A stretch of 64,000 nt of DNA from Eledone cirrhosa (GCA_964016885.1 OZ024740.1:117924001-117988000), one strand, 5' to 3'. Counted from the stretch's first letter, positions 11,700 through 26,405 are shown. Notes: generated by a model not told the origin, from the sequence alone. Numbers and translations: made by a program.

Positions 11700-14600
11700 T
11701 GAAACTAAAATTAATAATAACAAAAATAACGATAACAACAACAGCAACAATGACATTAAGAAAACCACCCTGGCTTTTGCCAGAGTAGCAAAACAGTGCG
11801 AAGCATTCAGGTAACTCAGGAGGAATTAGAAGAAGCCAAAAAAATGGTAAAGATGGGTACAGGGTGGGCCTCATCCCCCCCCCCCCCACACACCAAATAA
11901 AATGGAGCATCGGCGCCTATGCACCGTGTCTTATCGAACAATTAATATAAAATCGCGCCGAGTGGAACGGGCATCCGAGTCCCAAATACAAAAAGCTTTG
12001 GGACATGTGTGGGCAAAAAAATCCCACATCAGACGAGGGCAGAAGTATGGAACCATGGACGTATTCTTTGAAACACCACAGGAGGCTAGAGAACACTCCA
12101 CGGCCCCATTAAGAAGTGACGACTTCACACTCGTCCCAAGCTATTGTGGCCAGAGACTCGTAAAGATCAGGGTCACCCACGTTCCACCGGCCATCGAAAT
12201 TCTCTGGCTAATAGCTACCGTCCTCACCGGCATCGAAACCAACACCAAGATAATCGAAATAGCGAAAGAAAAGCAGGAGAACTGGTCCGGATCTGGGAGG
12301 GAGCTCCTGATCCAAGCGGACCAAAAAAAGCATTGAGGAGATCCCAGAGGTAATAGACCTCACTGACAGCAGCCACTTCACCGTAATTGTCGAGGGCAGA
12401 AGGCCTAGGTGTGTCGTTTGTGGTGAAGGAACCCACCTAGGGGCTTTCTGCCCTTAGGGTAAAAGGTTGAGGCCACCTCTCCTACCCACCCCAGTGAGTC
12501 AACCATCAACACCACCAGCAGCAGAGATGGCAGCAACAACTGTAGCAGCAGCAACAGAAGCAACTGTAACAGCAACAACCCCAGCAACAGTAGCAAAACC
12601 AACACCACCACCACCCAACTCGCCAGAACTAGCACCAGCGCCTACACCATCCACCATGCCACAACCAAAACTAACGCCTGTGGAGGATTTTCCACTCCCC
12701 GGTCTATCACAACTGGAGACAGATTGTGACGACGAGGAGGGGGAAACGGTATCAGGAAAAAAGAAAAAAAGAAACCAAAAAAGAAAAAATTCTCTTCCCT
12801 CCCCATCCAAAAACAAAATACAGAGGGAAACAAATAAACTATCAAACAAAAAACTTAGGACAGATATGCCACCATCCACACCAGCATCACTCTACCCCAT
12901 CACCACAAACACCAACACCATCACCATCATTAACCTCAACACCACCATCACCAACACCACAAAAGTCACCAAAAAGCGAAACAGAAACAAACCCACAACA
13001 AACGCATACAAAACAAAACAACCAAAACAATACACACTACACAGCATTAAATTTGAACAACAAGCAATTATTACCCTACATCCTACACAACACCAGCATC
13101 ACAGAAAAGGACTACACAACAACCCAAAAGTTCACACAACCTCCACACAGACAAATCACTCGCATCACACAGAAAACGTACACGACACTAAAACAAAAAT
13201 TCCCCAAAGACATCGGAGACTTCCGACAAACACTCTCCAGGAGGATTTATAAGGACATCCTTCCGGAGGAGGCCACAAGCAGTGAAAAGGATGGAGAAAC
13301 CATCCTTCCTCAACGAGAAATAAGGTAAGTGGTCTTTCCCATCTTTTCCACTCCATTTCAACATGACCGCACTCAGAATAGGCAGCATAAATGCGCGTGG
13401 CTTGGGGTCGTCATGGAAGCTGGGCCACCTGCTCAACGACCCCAGGTCACTAAACATAGATGTAGTGGCCATCAGCGTGACCAGAATCTCCGAAACATGG
13501 GCCTTTGCACCGATCTTCGGCGGCTACGATGTGTACGCATCTCCCAGTCGTCCGGGATCGGGGGAGGAGTTGCTGTGCTTTTTCGGAGAGGTTGGATCTC
13601 GCCATACGGGCCATCTTCCTGGACCCAGATGGTAAGTTGGTGGTGTTAGACGTGACCAGCAGAGACGGGCAAGCTAGTGGCCGTCTATGACCCGACAGGA
13701 GCAAGGCGGCCTGATTTCTTCCGGCATCTGGAGACCTTTCTTGGAACGTCCCGCTCTTTAGGGTTAGTGGACGTCTGGAACGGGATCTTAGATGCACGCT
13801 GAGATTGTGTGGGATCAGCGGATAGGGGTGGAGGGTGCCAGAGCCTCACCAACCTGCTCAGGAGTTTTGAACTGTATGACAGGTACCGATTGGATTTCCC
13901 GATTGAACCAAAATGGAATTGGACAAATCGTATAGGGTCATCCAGATCATATCTAGATAGAGTATTTTGTAGGTAAATAGATAGGCCTAGCTAGGCTGTC
14001 CACAATTCAAGATAGTCAGCTACACGGACTACAAATTCGCGATCTGTGTGCTTGACTTAGATAGGCTTCATAGACGAGGACCCGGCTACTGGAAACAAAA
14101 CGCGTCCTTACCAGCGCGCAAGGCCTACAGAGACCGGATTAGCGAACTAGTTAAGCGGGCGTTGACGGGGGCCATCGTCAACAGCAAGTGGTGGTTTGCT
14201 CTGAAAAGAGCAATTAGAATAGAGTCCATTGGGTTTAGTAAGGCTTTAGCAATAGAGAAAAATAGAGCAGAGGGAGAATTAGTTAGAAAATTAGACGAGG
14301 CGATTAGCAAAGGCATCGCGACCGACGTACTTGCGGCGAAATTGGCCCTTGACCAATTCTTCAATGCAAAGCACGAAGGCTGCGTTGTCAGAGCTAGGGT
14401 GCGTGCTCTCAGACACGAGGGGACGAAAGCCGTTCAATGGGCCCGAGTGGCGGAGGCGTGTCGTGGCAACAAAGCCACGATCCGGTCTTTGGTGGACCAC
14501 GACGGGCGCATGCTACTCGATCCCGGGCAAATGTGTGAAGCTTTTCAGCGACACTTCGCTCAACTGTTCGGGGGCAGTGGCGGGCCGGGTCGAGGGATGG

Positions 14601-16590
14601 ACTTTAGTGTCTACCTCGACGGACTGTCGCGGCTTTCAGCCACTGAGGCGCAGTGTTGCGAAAAGCCGATAACAACCGCTGAAGTACGGGAGGAAATGAC
14701 TGGCTGCACAAGGGGTAAATCGCCTGGTTTGGATGGTCTGCCCTATGAACTTTACGTACAAATGCCAGACTTGTTCGGAGGCCTCTTGGCGGACGTCTAC
14801 TGCAACTGGCAACAGAACGGGAGAATTCCCAGCTCTGTGAGCCGAGGAGCGGTGGCGCTGCTGAGAAAGGATCCGAACAAGGGGGATGACATAGATAATT
14901 TTAGGCCCATAACTCTGCTAAACACAGAGTTCAAGATTTTGGCCAAGGTTCTAGCAAAGAGGTGGCGCTTGTCGTTGGTGGTCTGGTGGGAGAGGCACAG
15001 ACATGCGCCATTCCCGACAGATCCATCCACGACAACCTCCACCTCATGCGATACATCGTAGAGAGGGTAGTTAGGGAACCCGGCACGGGTGGGTCTTTGA
15101 TCAATTTAGATCAGTCGAAAGCCTTCGATAGGGTCGACCATCGTTACCTAGTGGCAGTCCTGAGGGCGGCTGGCTTTGAGCCCGTCTTCAGAGGCTGGAT
15201 CGCTGCCATGCACAGCGACATCTGCTCTGTAGTGAGAGTGAACGGTCACCTTTGGGAACCGTTCAACATCATGCGCTCGGTCCGCCAAGGATGTCCCCTC
15301 TCGTCCCTATTGTACGTATTGACTCTCGAGCCATTACTGCACAAACTGGAGACGTTGAGGGGGTTCCCGCGCGAACTAGTGCGGAAGATCCGTGTCAGCA
15401 TATGCGGACGATGTCACCGTAGTGGTGTCGAACGCCAAACACATCGAGGCGATCGGCACTACACTAAGAGAATACGAATCGGTGACAGGAGCAATGATCA
15501 ACCAGGAAAAGTCAGTAGGCCTGCAGCTCGGCACCTGGAGAGGCAGGTCCATGCCGTCAAACAGCGTCTTCGGGCGCTGGACGGACGGACCGGTTAAATT
15601 GCTAGGGGTCTGGGTCGGTCCGGACCTCCAGACGGACATAAACTGGGACGAGGTGACGAGCAGGGTGGCTTCTCTCACCCAGAAACATGCAGGGAGGAAG
15701 CTATCCCTGCAAGGTTGAGCGGAGGTGGCTAACGCGTACATCGCGTCCGTCATCTACTACCGCCTGACCGTCATACCTTGTCCTAAGCCCCGCCTGACTG
15801 CGCTGGAGCGTTTGCTCTTTCGCTTTTTGTGGAAGGGACGGGCTCCGATGGTCAGGTGGTCTATCTGCTGTCAACACCCGCTACGTGGAGGGCTGTGCAT
15901 GCCGTGGCTGATGATGCGCAGACACGCGCTCAGGCTACGACATCTCCACCTCTTCCTCGACGGTGATCAGGTGTGGTCGCCGTTTGCTAGACATGTCTTT
16001 CCCCAACTCGTCTCCTTGACGGAGCTGCAGTCCTGGGTCAATCGAGGGCCGAGAGGGAGCGCTTAGAGACTGGAATGTCTTCAAGCGCTCACAGCCCTCG
16101 ACCAATCGGGCAATGTGATGGGTGGAAACTCCACCTTGGCGTTCTACAGAGGATTAGTGGAGGGGAAGAGCGACGACGTACTTGGTGAAACTCTAGGCGC
16201 CGACGAAAATCAACTAGCCAATCTCTTCGGAAGGACTTTCGGACCGGGGCCTATGGACAACTTCCAGAAATCCCTGGCATGGCAGTGCTACTGAGGAGCT
16301 TTGCCAGTTCGGGATAAACTCTACAGGCATGGAGGTGCCGTCAGCCGGGCATGTCCGAGATGCGCGCAGGGCGACAAAACCGTCCTGCACGCACTCGTCC
16401 AGTGTCCGAGCATTGCTGACTTGTGGGTTTATGTTGAACACCTGCTTTAGGACGGATCCAGCTATCAGCTGAGTCCATCGTGAGGATTTCCCCACCCTCT
16501 TCCTTTAGCCGGGAAGGGCAAGCAGTTTTTATCTCTCTGGTGGCCATGGCGAAAGAGATAGTATGGTGGACACGTTTGAAAGGGCTGACT
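11700..16590 (+). mobile_element. L1/Tx1-type LINE, near full length, decayed
   Basis: ORF1-like region with CCHC knuckle RPRCVVCGEGTHLGAFCP (~12400-12455). APE start MTALRIGSINARGL at 13363. RT motifs KSPGLDGLPYELY, DQSKAFDRVDH, VRQGCPLS and AYADD. C-terminal CPRC..H..C at ~16350-16410. Confidence 0.9.
13363..16590 (+). pseudogene. LINE ORF2 (AP endonuclease-reverse transcriptase), frameshifted
   Basis: ORFs 13363-13635, 14048-15061, 14962-15597, 15392-15718 and 15725-16066 carry successive domains. Confidence 0.88.
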
Positions 16591-16591
16591 A

Positions 16592-16755
16592 TGCCAGCAA
16601 ATATATAGGTTTTGTCTTAGTAACTTTGTGGTTCAATGCATGGGGATGCAAAACAATAATATGAGAGACGTATTATTATATGACATATTATTGTTCTGCA
16701 TCCCCTTGCATTGAACCACAAAGTTACTAAGACAAAACCTATATATTTTCTGGCA
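16592..16755. repeat. Foldback palindrome (72-bp arms, 20-bp spacer)
   Basis: 16592-16663 is reverse-complementary to 16684-16755 with few mismatches. Confidence 0.9.
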
Positions 16756-16799
16756 AAGGTATGCATCTGTATATATATGTTAGTGGATATACTAATTCT

Positions 16800-16849
<50 letters not shown>

Positions 16850-16850
<1 letters not shown>

Positions 16851-17410
16851 AACGTATTTGTCAGACTAAAAGTGTCTATGTATGTATCTCCCCATGGACT
16901 AGACACCACCAACACATCCACCACACCACCACAAACACCACTACCATAAACAACCCCACCCCACACACGCCAACCCGTCTACCGACAACACACTAACCCC
17001 ACACCACAGCCCATCCCAGTCACCGACCATCACCATTATCTTATCATCAAAACCACCTCCACATACACTACAGGACAAAACCAATCCGCCACCACCACAC
17101 CACAGCCCACCGCAGCCAACGACCGTCACCAACATTTTATCTTCACATCCACCCCCACATGCACTACAGGCCAATACATTGATCCTTCCCACCAATCAAG
17201 ACAACTCATATTGTCAAACTCTTGAATTTCTGTCTTTACCACATAGCATGTATTTCATTTTCTTATAGCATTTTAAAGGGTCCGTCGAGCTGCCGATCAT
17301 TGAGTCGGGTAGGATCGATACAGATCGAACCTTGAGCTGATCAGTGGCGAAACGCGCGTCACCTACCAATAAATGTAATTAAGGAGTAACTAATGGTCCT
17401 TGTTATTCTT
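16850..17410 (+). mobile_element. Second, inverted copy of the 470-1140 element (2 x 96-bp units)
   Basis: The reverse complement matches 470-1140. ctgatcagtggcgaaacgcgcgtc at ~17337-17360, followed by aataaa. Confidence 0.8.
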
Positions 17411-17551
17411 TAAATATATTACACTCTGTATAGCTCCACACCTCATCACAAAAGTGAACCTAAACATCGAATGCTCTCCCGGGTGAACCTGCAGTAACTC
17501 CAAGTCACACCCCCTGTATATGTATATATATATCTCTATATCTATATATAT

Positions 17552-17600
<49 letters not shown>

Positions 17601-17901
17601 TACATACACACATACATATATACGTAAATACATATAAATGCCCGTACACACAAACATACGCATAAAATCGTACGGCCACTCATACAAATACGTACATACA
17701 CTCATAAATATACACAAATACACACACACATATATACAGTATTAAGATGAAGTACGCTCTATATGCGAAAATAGCAGATAGGTAAGAAGTACTTACATGA
17801 CCATAGTGCCGTGTTTCGGGTAGAGAGGGGCTAGGGGTAGGGTGGGAAGGAGGTGGAGGGGGTATTTTGTCGAGTGGGGTTTAAAAAAAAAGGAATCATT
17901 T

Positions 17902-18960
17902 TTAGCCATCTAGCATTAACACCGGCTCAAGGTATTTGAAAGTTGCAAAGTTTCTGTGCATGCAATTCGGGCAGTGTTCAGAGATTTTGTTCAGTAGCGA
18001 GCCCTTGGCAAATAATATTTCGTAGTTCTCTGAGATACAAACGTCGCAGCACTTGTGTCCTCCTTTGTATGAGCGCGCTTTCTGGAGTATTTTCCATTTA
18101 AGCGTGAAGGGGGTGGAGTTCTTTTTGAAGTCCCAGACACAGGAGGCGTGTGTTGTCTGATTTGATTTGTCCGGTCTCTTGAAAGAGTGGGTATGGGCAC
18201 ACCACCGAGTCTTAAAATTATTGGAAGTCATGCCGATGTAAGTCTTTTTGTTGTTGCTATCATCGGTGCCTGAGATGACAACACATTTGTATACGATGTC
18301 CTTTGTCAGGCATTTGTTTTCAAGTGGGCAGGCTTCCTTATTTAGGCAATTGCACAAGGCTTCAGCCCGGGGATTGGGTTCGGAGGCTTATTAAATTTTT
18401 TAGAATTGAGATTGGCTATATTCCTAGCTAGGTTAGGTGTAGTGGAGTAGGAGAGTCTTATTGTGTTCTTATTGAAGATGGTGTAGTACCTAAGTTGTAT
18501 GGGGAAGTGTGTGTTCAGCAAAGTGAAGAAAGTCCTAGCTATAGGTGTAGATACCTCTCTATTGAAGAGGGGGGGGGGTGTACCAACTAATATGCCTATG
18601 CCTATTCCTCCTCGGTAGTCTTCCGGTGGTTTCTAGGTAAGTTATCTTTTCTTTAAATCCGCTGCGGGCGAAGGCGTCATTGTAGTAGGAGGCAGAGGCG
18701 TTAAATATATCTTCATTGGCCGAGAGGCCAGAAATTCTAATTGAGAGGCTTTTTATTAACTTATCAGTGATGTTTTTGGGGTGGCTAGAATTAACATTAA
18801 TATATCTAAGGGACTCGTTAGGTTTGTGGTACGAGTAATAGAGGGAACTATCTAGGTCGAGGGTGACATCTAAAAAGTTGGCTCTATGGTTATACTAAAT
18901 CCTAGATTACAGAAGAACGAGCTTAAGTTTCTCCGAAACCCATCAGTGGTTCTGGGGTTA
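17902..18960 (-). mobile_element. Penelope-like 3' fragment (RT thumb + CxC..C linker + GIY-YIG)
   Basis: CNCLNKEACPLENKCLTKDIVYKC...TYIGMTSNNFKTRWCAH. Upstream DVTLDL...YINVNSSHP. Confidence 0.85.
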
Positions 18961-21900
18961 ACCTTGTGCAAGGCGAAGAGGCCATGTGTGTGTGTGAGTG
19001 TGTATGTATATGTGTTTGTTTTTATGTTCGTGTATGTGTCTACCTGTGGGTGCATGTTTGTGCACGTGCATATATGTGCATATAAAAAAAAGTTGTTTAT
19101 AATTAATGATTACTTATATCTAAACGTATTGCTAATTATTATTTTATTGATTCCAGTGAGATAATAATTTTTCCTGAAGCAATCGATCTCAATATGTATG
19201 ATCACAACGATATATTTTATAAGTACTCTCTAGCACCCTCTTTTTGTTGCCCATTTTCAGCATTCCTATGACATGAAATATTCATATGAAATATTTACCA
19301 AAATTCCTTCAATTTAATTCATTGTATATTAGTTTTTCTTCCTATATTTCATTTCTTCAAAATCCCCTTTGTCCAATCTTATATAGATTAGAGAATATTC
19401 TAACCTTTGCCCTTAAACCATAACCGTAAATTTACAACCAAGCCGATTTTTTGTATTTGCAAGAACACAACCTTAATTCTTATCCTAAAATCCCTGACCT
19501 CAACTCTCAAATATCCCTTGTAAGTTAAATTATAGAAATGTCTTTGCTTTCTTATCTCAAAACAGACCGAGAAAATATGTTTTCTACACATTATGATAAC
19601 ATGATTTGACGAATAAGACTTTCAAATTACCATTCCAGGTTAACATGATTCAAAATATCTCACTGAATATTCAGAAGTAGAATGTAAATATATGTAGTCA
19701 ACGAATTATTTCATTCATTCACGAGCTCATCCTCTCTCTCACTCTCTCGCTTTCTCTCTCCCCCTCTCTCTCTCTTTCACTCTCTATACACACATACATA
19801 TATTTGTATATATATAACGTTAAACATTAAAAGAATAAGAGAAGGTGAACTAGTTTTTTAATCCATTGTTTTAGAATCATTTCACACAGCAAACGTTTTG
19901 ATGAGCAGACCAATGAATACAATTATACAATTCCATACTATTAGCCTCGAAAACGTACACCCATTATGTTTGCTAGTTTCTGCTGGCTCGTCAGTACTGT
20001 TTATCCTCGATTGGTCGGCACATCGATAACGTTGCTCTTTGACACGTGGTGAAGCAATGGTTAATTCACCTTGTTTTCCTGGGTAAGTCAAACCCTTACA
20101 TTAAACGATGTTCACTTTGCCGAAGGGAAAATTTGAACTCAACAACATAATATATCGAACGGCTCATAAAAGATGTGATTCATATATAGTGTTTTTGTAA
20201 CGTTTGGCATTAAGATCGCATAATCACTATTTACAAATAATTGATTGAACTATCTATAGTGAAATTCCTTGACCATGGATATATATTTCAATGATGAGTG
20301 ATATCACATCAACTTAGCCAGCTAAGTGAATTATTAATAATTTCAAGGAATTTGTTTAAATATTAAATGGAATGATTTCTTTTCTTGGCTTCAATTGGAT
20401 TATAATTCTTCTTCATTTTGTTCAGGAATTTCTGCAGTATCGTTTTGAAATGCATCTAATTGTTGTGACCACACAAACATAATAAATGTCACAATCCATT
20501 TCCTACATATGTATATTATAAGCATATATAAATGGCTTCCAAAATGTTCACTAGCAAGGAAATTGTTTATTTAAATGAATTTTCAAAGGACTATCACACT
20601 TTCCCTAAGTATATCTATTCAACAAGCTGACGTATCAGCTATACGTATTTACACCCCCAGTAGAATTTGCTATCTTACGATATTTAAGTTATGTTTACTT
20701 AGACCCCTCGAAACAGGGCTCGGAACCACCATCTATACATTGTGTCATTGCCTCAAGAACCATACTAATTTGTTATGTTGTAAATGTTAGCATCTAACAA
20801 TATGTATTCTAAAGAGGTATTCATTCTTTAGAGAAGAGGAATGTCAATGGACGAAGGGAATGAAAAACAAGGCTGCAAATTCTTAGGATTTCATGTCATT
20901 GTGGTGATTCTGAACAATAATATAACTTGGTTAACCTATAGGTTACTAAACATTTTCATTTGATTTTTGTCAGCGGCGTTTGCGTGATTAACTTTGAAAA
21001 CAATAAGTTTTGATATGACATTCTTGTTGTTTTTAAGAAGCTACCTTTTAAAACATAACTGTGAATGTATAAAAATGTTGACTCATTTCTTTTACAATAA
21101 GACATAAATACGTACGAATAGACACGCACACGCAGGCACGCCCCCCTCCCCCACACATTCTATCTCTTGTACAAATACATACGCTTATAGTTTTATTTGA
21201 AGGCAAACAGCTAAACTTTTAGCATAAAAAGTTTTTCTTCAAGATTTTGTTTCACGAAAAACGTCTAGATTTCGAAGCCAAGAAATCTATTTGATTTAAG
21301 TAAATAAATTCATGAACTGTTAAAGTAATTTATAGACTAAAACACTTTTCGCACGCATGGTTAAAAAGATAAAAGGGCAAACAATTAAATATTAAGACGT
21401 TTATTCACGTTTTCCGAAGAAAAAATTTCTGCCACATTTTGAATTCTCTCGGATGTAAACAAAGCCTATTCACATAAACATAGTAACTTTTAAGTGTGGT
21501 CAACATAATTTGTGAGTCCCATGTTTAGTAGTTCGTATTGTGTTGTCGGTGCTAAGTAATTGCCCAATCAAGGAATATAGTTCCGCCGCAGAAATAGGGG
21601 AAACTGTATAACAGTCATTTGATTGGAGTGTTGAAGCCTTCACAACACGAGAAGGCATAAACACCGCCAAACTGTTTTAGAATATGTAAAATAAATAAAT
21701 AATAACTATTATGTAATCAAAAACCTTAACCACATGAAAAAAAAAACAGTAGCTAAATTAGTGTAAACACAACGCATTTAGCAGAAAAATCAAATTCGAA
21801 ATACATATGCGATGAGAAAAAGATCGCGTTAATTCAAAAGGTAATACTATCTTAATAATATCGGCAAATACAGAAAACAACTTCGGAAGTGTTTCGGTCT

Positions 21901-22132
21901 TATCAGGATTCCTCATGGAAAGATAGCCTTTAATAGAGTTCTAACACCCAGATGGATTATCGGAGACCCAGGAATCAAATCATAGAATTAACGTTAACTT
22001 AGTGAACCACCAAAAGCTTTACGAGGAAAGCAGATACTAATCAGAGATTTTATACCGTCTCTTCGGTTTTCATTCCTGTTTTCATTTTTTGCATATTTAC
22101 ATTCTTCTCACACCACCTTTCTATCATTATGA

Positions 22133-22320
22133 CAGGTGAATTGGCAGTATCGGTAGAGGGTCGGACGCCATGCTTTGACGCATAGAGTTACAGCCCTTGC
22201 CATTCCGAGTTCAAATCCCGTCGAGGTTAACTTTGCCTTTCATCCTTACGGGGTCGATAAAATAAAGTACCAGTAATGCACCGGGTAATTGCTGGCCTTG
22301 TGCCGAAAGAAGAAACAATT
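22133..22320 (+). mobile_element. SINE family A
   Basis: gagttcaaatcccgtcgaggttaactttgcctttcatccttacggggtcgataaaataaagtaccag. Confidence 0.85.
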
Positions 22321-22460
22321 ATGACAGAGCTAAATATTCTCCGTCTTTCTATATTGTCTCCTCATTACTTTCTTTATTCTCTCTCTTACTAGCTCCCACT
22401 TATTTGCTTTCCCCCCATACATTTATCAGCCATATGCTTTTCTCTTGCGCTATCTCTTTC

Positions 22461-22508
<48 letters not shown>

Positions 22509-23720
22509 TTTATTTAATCCTAGTTTCGTTCTGGACAATTTATATTATAAAACAATGTTTCATTTCATCCGTGTTGATAATATTGCTTTCTTATTATGAA
22601 GCGAAAATAAATGAATTAACAAATGAAAAACCGCTATAATTAATCATTTTACGACAATAAAATTCTCATTACCTCCGCCATTATACGAATGTATTTTTAC
22701 TTGCCTCTCATTCTAAATGGAGAGCTCAAACAATCTGCCAATCTACTGAAAATATTCAGGTATGTTTTTTCTATTGTTCGCTTTAAGCAATACAGTACAT
22801 AATTGACTGTTTTTCACATTGAAGATAAACTTGAAATATTTTCAATATACTATGATGCCATTTTTTTCTGTTATAATAATTTCTAACATAGGCACAATAT
22901 CAAACACTTATAGAAAGGTACATAGTTGATTAGGCCTGTCTAAATATTTGACAAGTATTTTATTTTATCGATCCAAGAATGGTGAAAGGCAAAGTTGACA
23001 TTGAATAATTGACTGAAACGATCAAATTAAAACAATACTATTTATCAATGTTCTTTTTTCAATTTTTTCTTCCTATATTTTAGTGGTTGGTTTTCAAGCG
23101 TAGGAAAGTAAATAACATAAAATAGTGTGACTTCAGTCAAGCTAATCTTTATAAGGAATCCAACTCGAAGTCAATGAGCTGTAGTTGGCCTCTTATGAAC
23201 TTGCTTTTGCTAGGTAGGTGTGCAAGTGACAAACTGGAAAGTAATGACGTACAGCAGCTGATGAAGTATCAGGTTGAACCTGAACAAAGTATTTCGAGAC
23301 CGTGACTATATATCGGCGGGTTATGACTCCAGAATTGCCAGAGTGAATGAAATGCTTTGAAATTCCTCATCATTAACAGAAAATATGTCATATTTGGCAG
23401 CTAATGAAGACATTGAGTTGATTCATATAATTTTAATAGATCAACGTTTTCGACTTTGATGTCATATTCCGAATGGTATGCAAATTACTATACGAAACTT
23501 ACCCGAGGCACAGACTTCTTGGCTACGTTATCCCCCCAGAAGTTTCAAAGTCAAGTCGAATTAAAACTATTTTGACATTTGACCTTGAATTACAGCCTCG
23601 AACTTCTATCAGAGCATCTACGACGACAGTTAATATATACCAAACTGCAAAACCATGAGTTAGTGGCAGGAGCAAAACCTTCAACATTTTTTTTCTTTCC
23701 ATTATAATTATCATTACTTT

Positions 23721-23782
<62 letters not shown>

Positions 23783-24475
23783 GATTCTATTTCACTCTGA
23801 TCTTGGTATTTCATATGAATGAAGCATTCTCCGGAAAAAGTTTAAATTTTTCATCAGCGGGGTGTCTTTCAATTAGGTGTCCAGACATTGCCGATGGCTG
23901 TTCTTTTATTGAAGTTGTCTACTATGCTAGAGGCTATTTTCATTATGTATGTTCACGTGTCTTTTACTATATTAAAAATGTTTTAATAATTTTGCAGTGA
24001 ACGGCGTATATTAGATTTACTTATGCAGTACAGGTTCATGAGAATCTCTGTCAAGAAAAGCGATCCAAATCTTGAGCTCAGATAGCTGTTAAAAGATACG
24101 ATGAGCTCCTCATGAGGGGTAGATGATCTAACATGCTTTCCGCAGTTTAATATTATTTCCTGGGCGTCGGATGTCTATATGGCAGTTTAGAGTGATGCAA
24201 GCATTCAACCTAGGCTCCCTATTTAAAAAATAACAAAGACTTCTGTCATGCTGCTGCAAACCGCGCGCCTAGTCCGATGTATTACCAGGAGGAAAACTGC
24301 TACTGTCACATAGTCGAGGAGCCGGTAAAGTTGATGAACACGTCACCTTCACCTTCAACTAAATAAAAAGAAAACAGTTACGGTTTCACAGAATAGAAAA
24401 GAAATGTATTTAAAATGTCAGCATCCAAAATATAAAAGTGTACCAAACTAACACGCGCATACCGTCTGGCACTTC

Positions 24476-24557
<82 letters not shown>

Positions 24558-24664
24558 TATAGATAAGTAACATTTCTAGACACGTACTTTAGATGTACAC
24601 ACAAAAACATGCACACACATTTGCACGTACAAACACAACAAAGTAATACATCAATGTCCGGTTT

Positions 24665-24780
24665 TCATATTCGGATTTTGGGTTCGATTCTGCAGCTTGG
24701 CACCGTTGCCTACAGCCTTGAATCGACCAATTCATTTTGATTGGATTTTATTTGACGAAGTCAATGTGGAAAGCCGTCGG
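24665..24780 (+). mobile_element. Diverged tRNA-derived SINE (family B)
   Basis: gggttcgattc B-box, then ggcacc...gaccaa...ggattt..gacgaa..ggaaagccgtcg. Related copy at ~55450-55605. Confidence 0.5.
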
Positions 24781-24798
24781 TGAGACCGTTCAGCACAT

Positions 24799-25050
24799 GT
24801 TTGGCAGACATAATCCATCGCACGGTTTAAAACCAACACCTACTCTTCACACACCGACAGCATCAGTTTGGTAGACATTCCATCGCATGGTTTAACACCA
24901 ACACCTGCTCCACACACACCAACTGCACCAGTTTGGTAGACATTCCATCGCATGGTTTAACACCAACACCTGCTCCACACACACCAACTACACCAGTTTG
25001 GTAGACATTCCATCGCATTGTTTAACACCAACACCTGGTCCGCACACATC
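24799..25050. repeat. Minisatellite, ~65-bp unit x 4
   Basis: gtttggtagacattccatcgcatggtttaacaccaacacctgctcc units start at 24799, 24866, 24931 and 24996. Confidence 0.9.
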
Positions 25051-25267
25051 CATGTTCCAAACAGTACCTTAACATTAGTCGGAGCACATAACAATAATCC
25101 TCAAAACATGCTTGAAGGAAAACAAATATTCTGCCACACTTTCCCTTCTAACTACCATCGACAGCAGTAAGTGTGTTAGAATTAGCAATCAAATCTACAT
25201 AGAATCTCATATCTAAAACAAAAGTAGGGCGCGTTAGATACTGAAATTCTAAATATTATTAGTCTAA

Positions 25268-25383
25268 TTTGCCTTTCATTCTTACGGGGTCGATGAAATA
25301 AAACACAAGTAATGAACTGGGGTCGATTTAATCGATTTTCCCCTTCCCTCAAATTGTTGGCCTTGTTCCTAAATAAGAAATCA
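25268..25383 (+). mobile_element. SINE family A, 3' partial
   Basis: tttgcctttcattcttacggggtcgatgaaataaa. Confidence 0.65.
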
Positions 25384-25924
25384 TTAGTCAAAAAGTTTAC
25401 AGGCTTTGAATAAAAAAATCCCAAATGATGAACAAATAAAACCAGAGATGCAGCTTGGCCCTTAAAATTGATTTACGTTTCAGATTAATTATACTTTCTT
25501 TATAAATCGATAGTCCGGGAAATCGAAACACCTGTCTATTAATTACCTGAAATCCAGTGGATGATGTAGTCTCGTTCAATTGATGATGCAGAAAATATGA
25601 TGTAACTAAAACATATCTTAAAGCAAAAAACAATTTCAGAAATTCTTAGCCGCCAAATGTTAGTATTCAAGGATATGTTAACATCATTTTTTATACCCGC
25701 CTCCAAAACGTGTTTCCTCCATATTTAACACGTATATTTGCAAAATTTCTCAAGAAATTATTTAACAATCAAAGAAAAGATAATCATTAATTCCATTTTG
25801 AAACGATTGACCCCCGCAAGGAAAAATATTGCTCCTTTTAATTAATTTAAAACAAAACAAACACCATCCATTTTTAGTATATACTCGGAGCGCCCAAGCA
25901 TGTGTAATTGTATATATGTATTAA

Positions 25925-26040
<116 letters not shown>

Positions 26041-26124
26041 GGGACTGTATTCTGAAGGAAATCAGAGAAATAGGGTACCCAAATCGTTAGTTGAGAAGAA
26101 GAATATCTATTGTATATAGAAATG

Positions 26125-26186
26125 ACTTCTACACGACTAGAACGGTTTCATTCGTACAAATGAAACCGTTCTAATCCTATAGAATT
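26125..26186. repeat. Short palindrome of hammerhead 3' halves
   Basis: ttctacacgactagaacggtttcatt / aatgaaaccgttctaatcctatagaa, related to 1631-1765. Confidence 0.55.
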
Positions 26187-26208
26187 CAGACACACATAGA
26201 CGCCCCCC

Positions 26209-26321
<113 letters not shown>

Positions 26322-26358
26322 TATATATGTATATATATATACATATACACACACACCC

Positions 26359-26403
<45 letters not shown>

Positions 26404-26405
26404 TA

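Noticed and set aside
22715-23305. Possible small exons (donor cag|gtatgt near 22760; acceptor ctag|gt near 23213)
   Set aside because: The open frames have incompatible phases and no recognisable homology.
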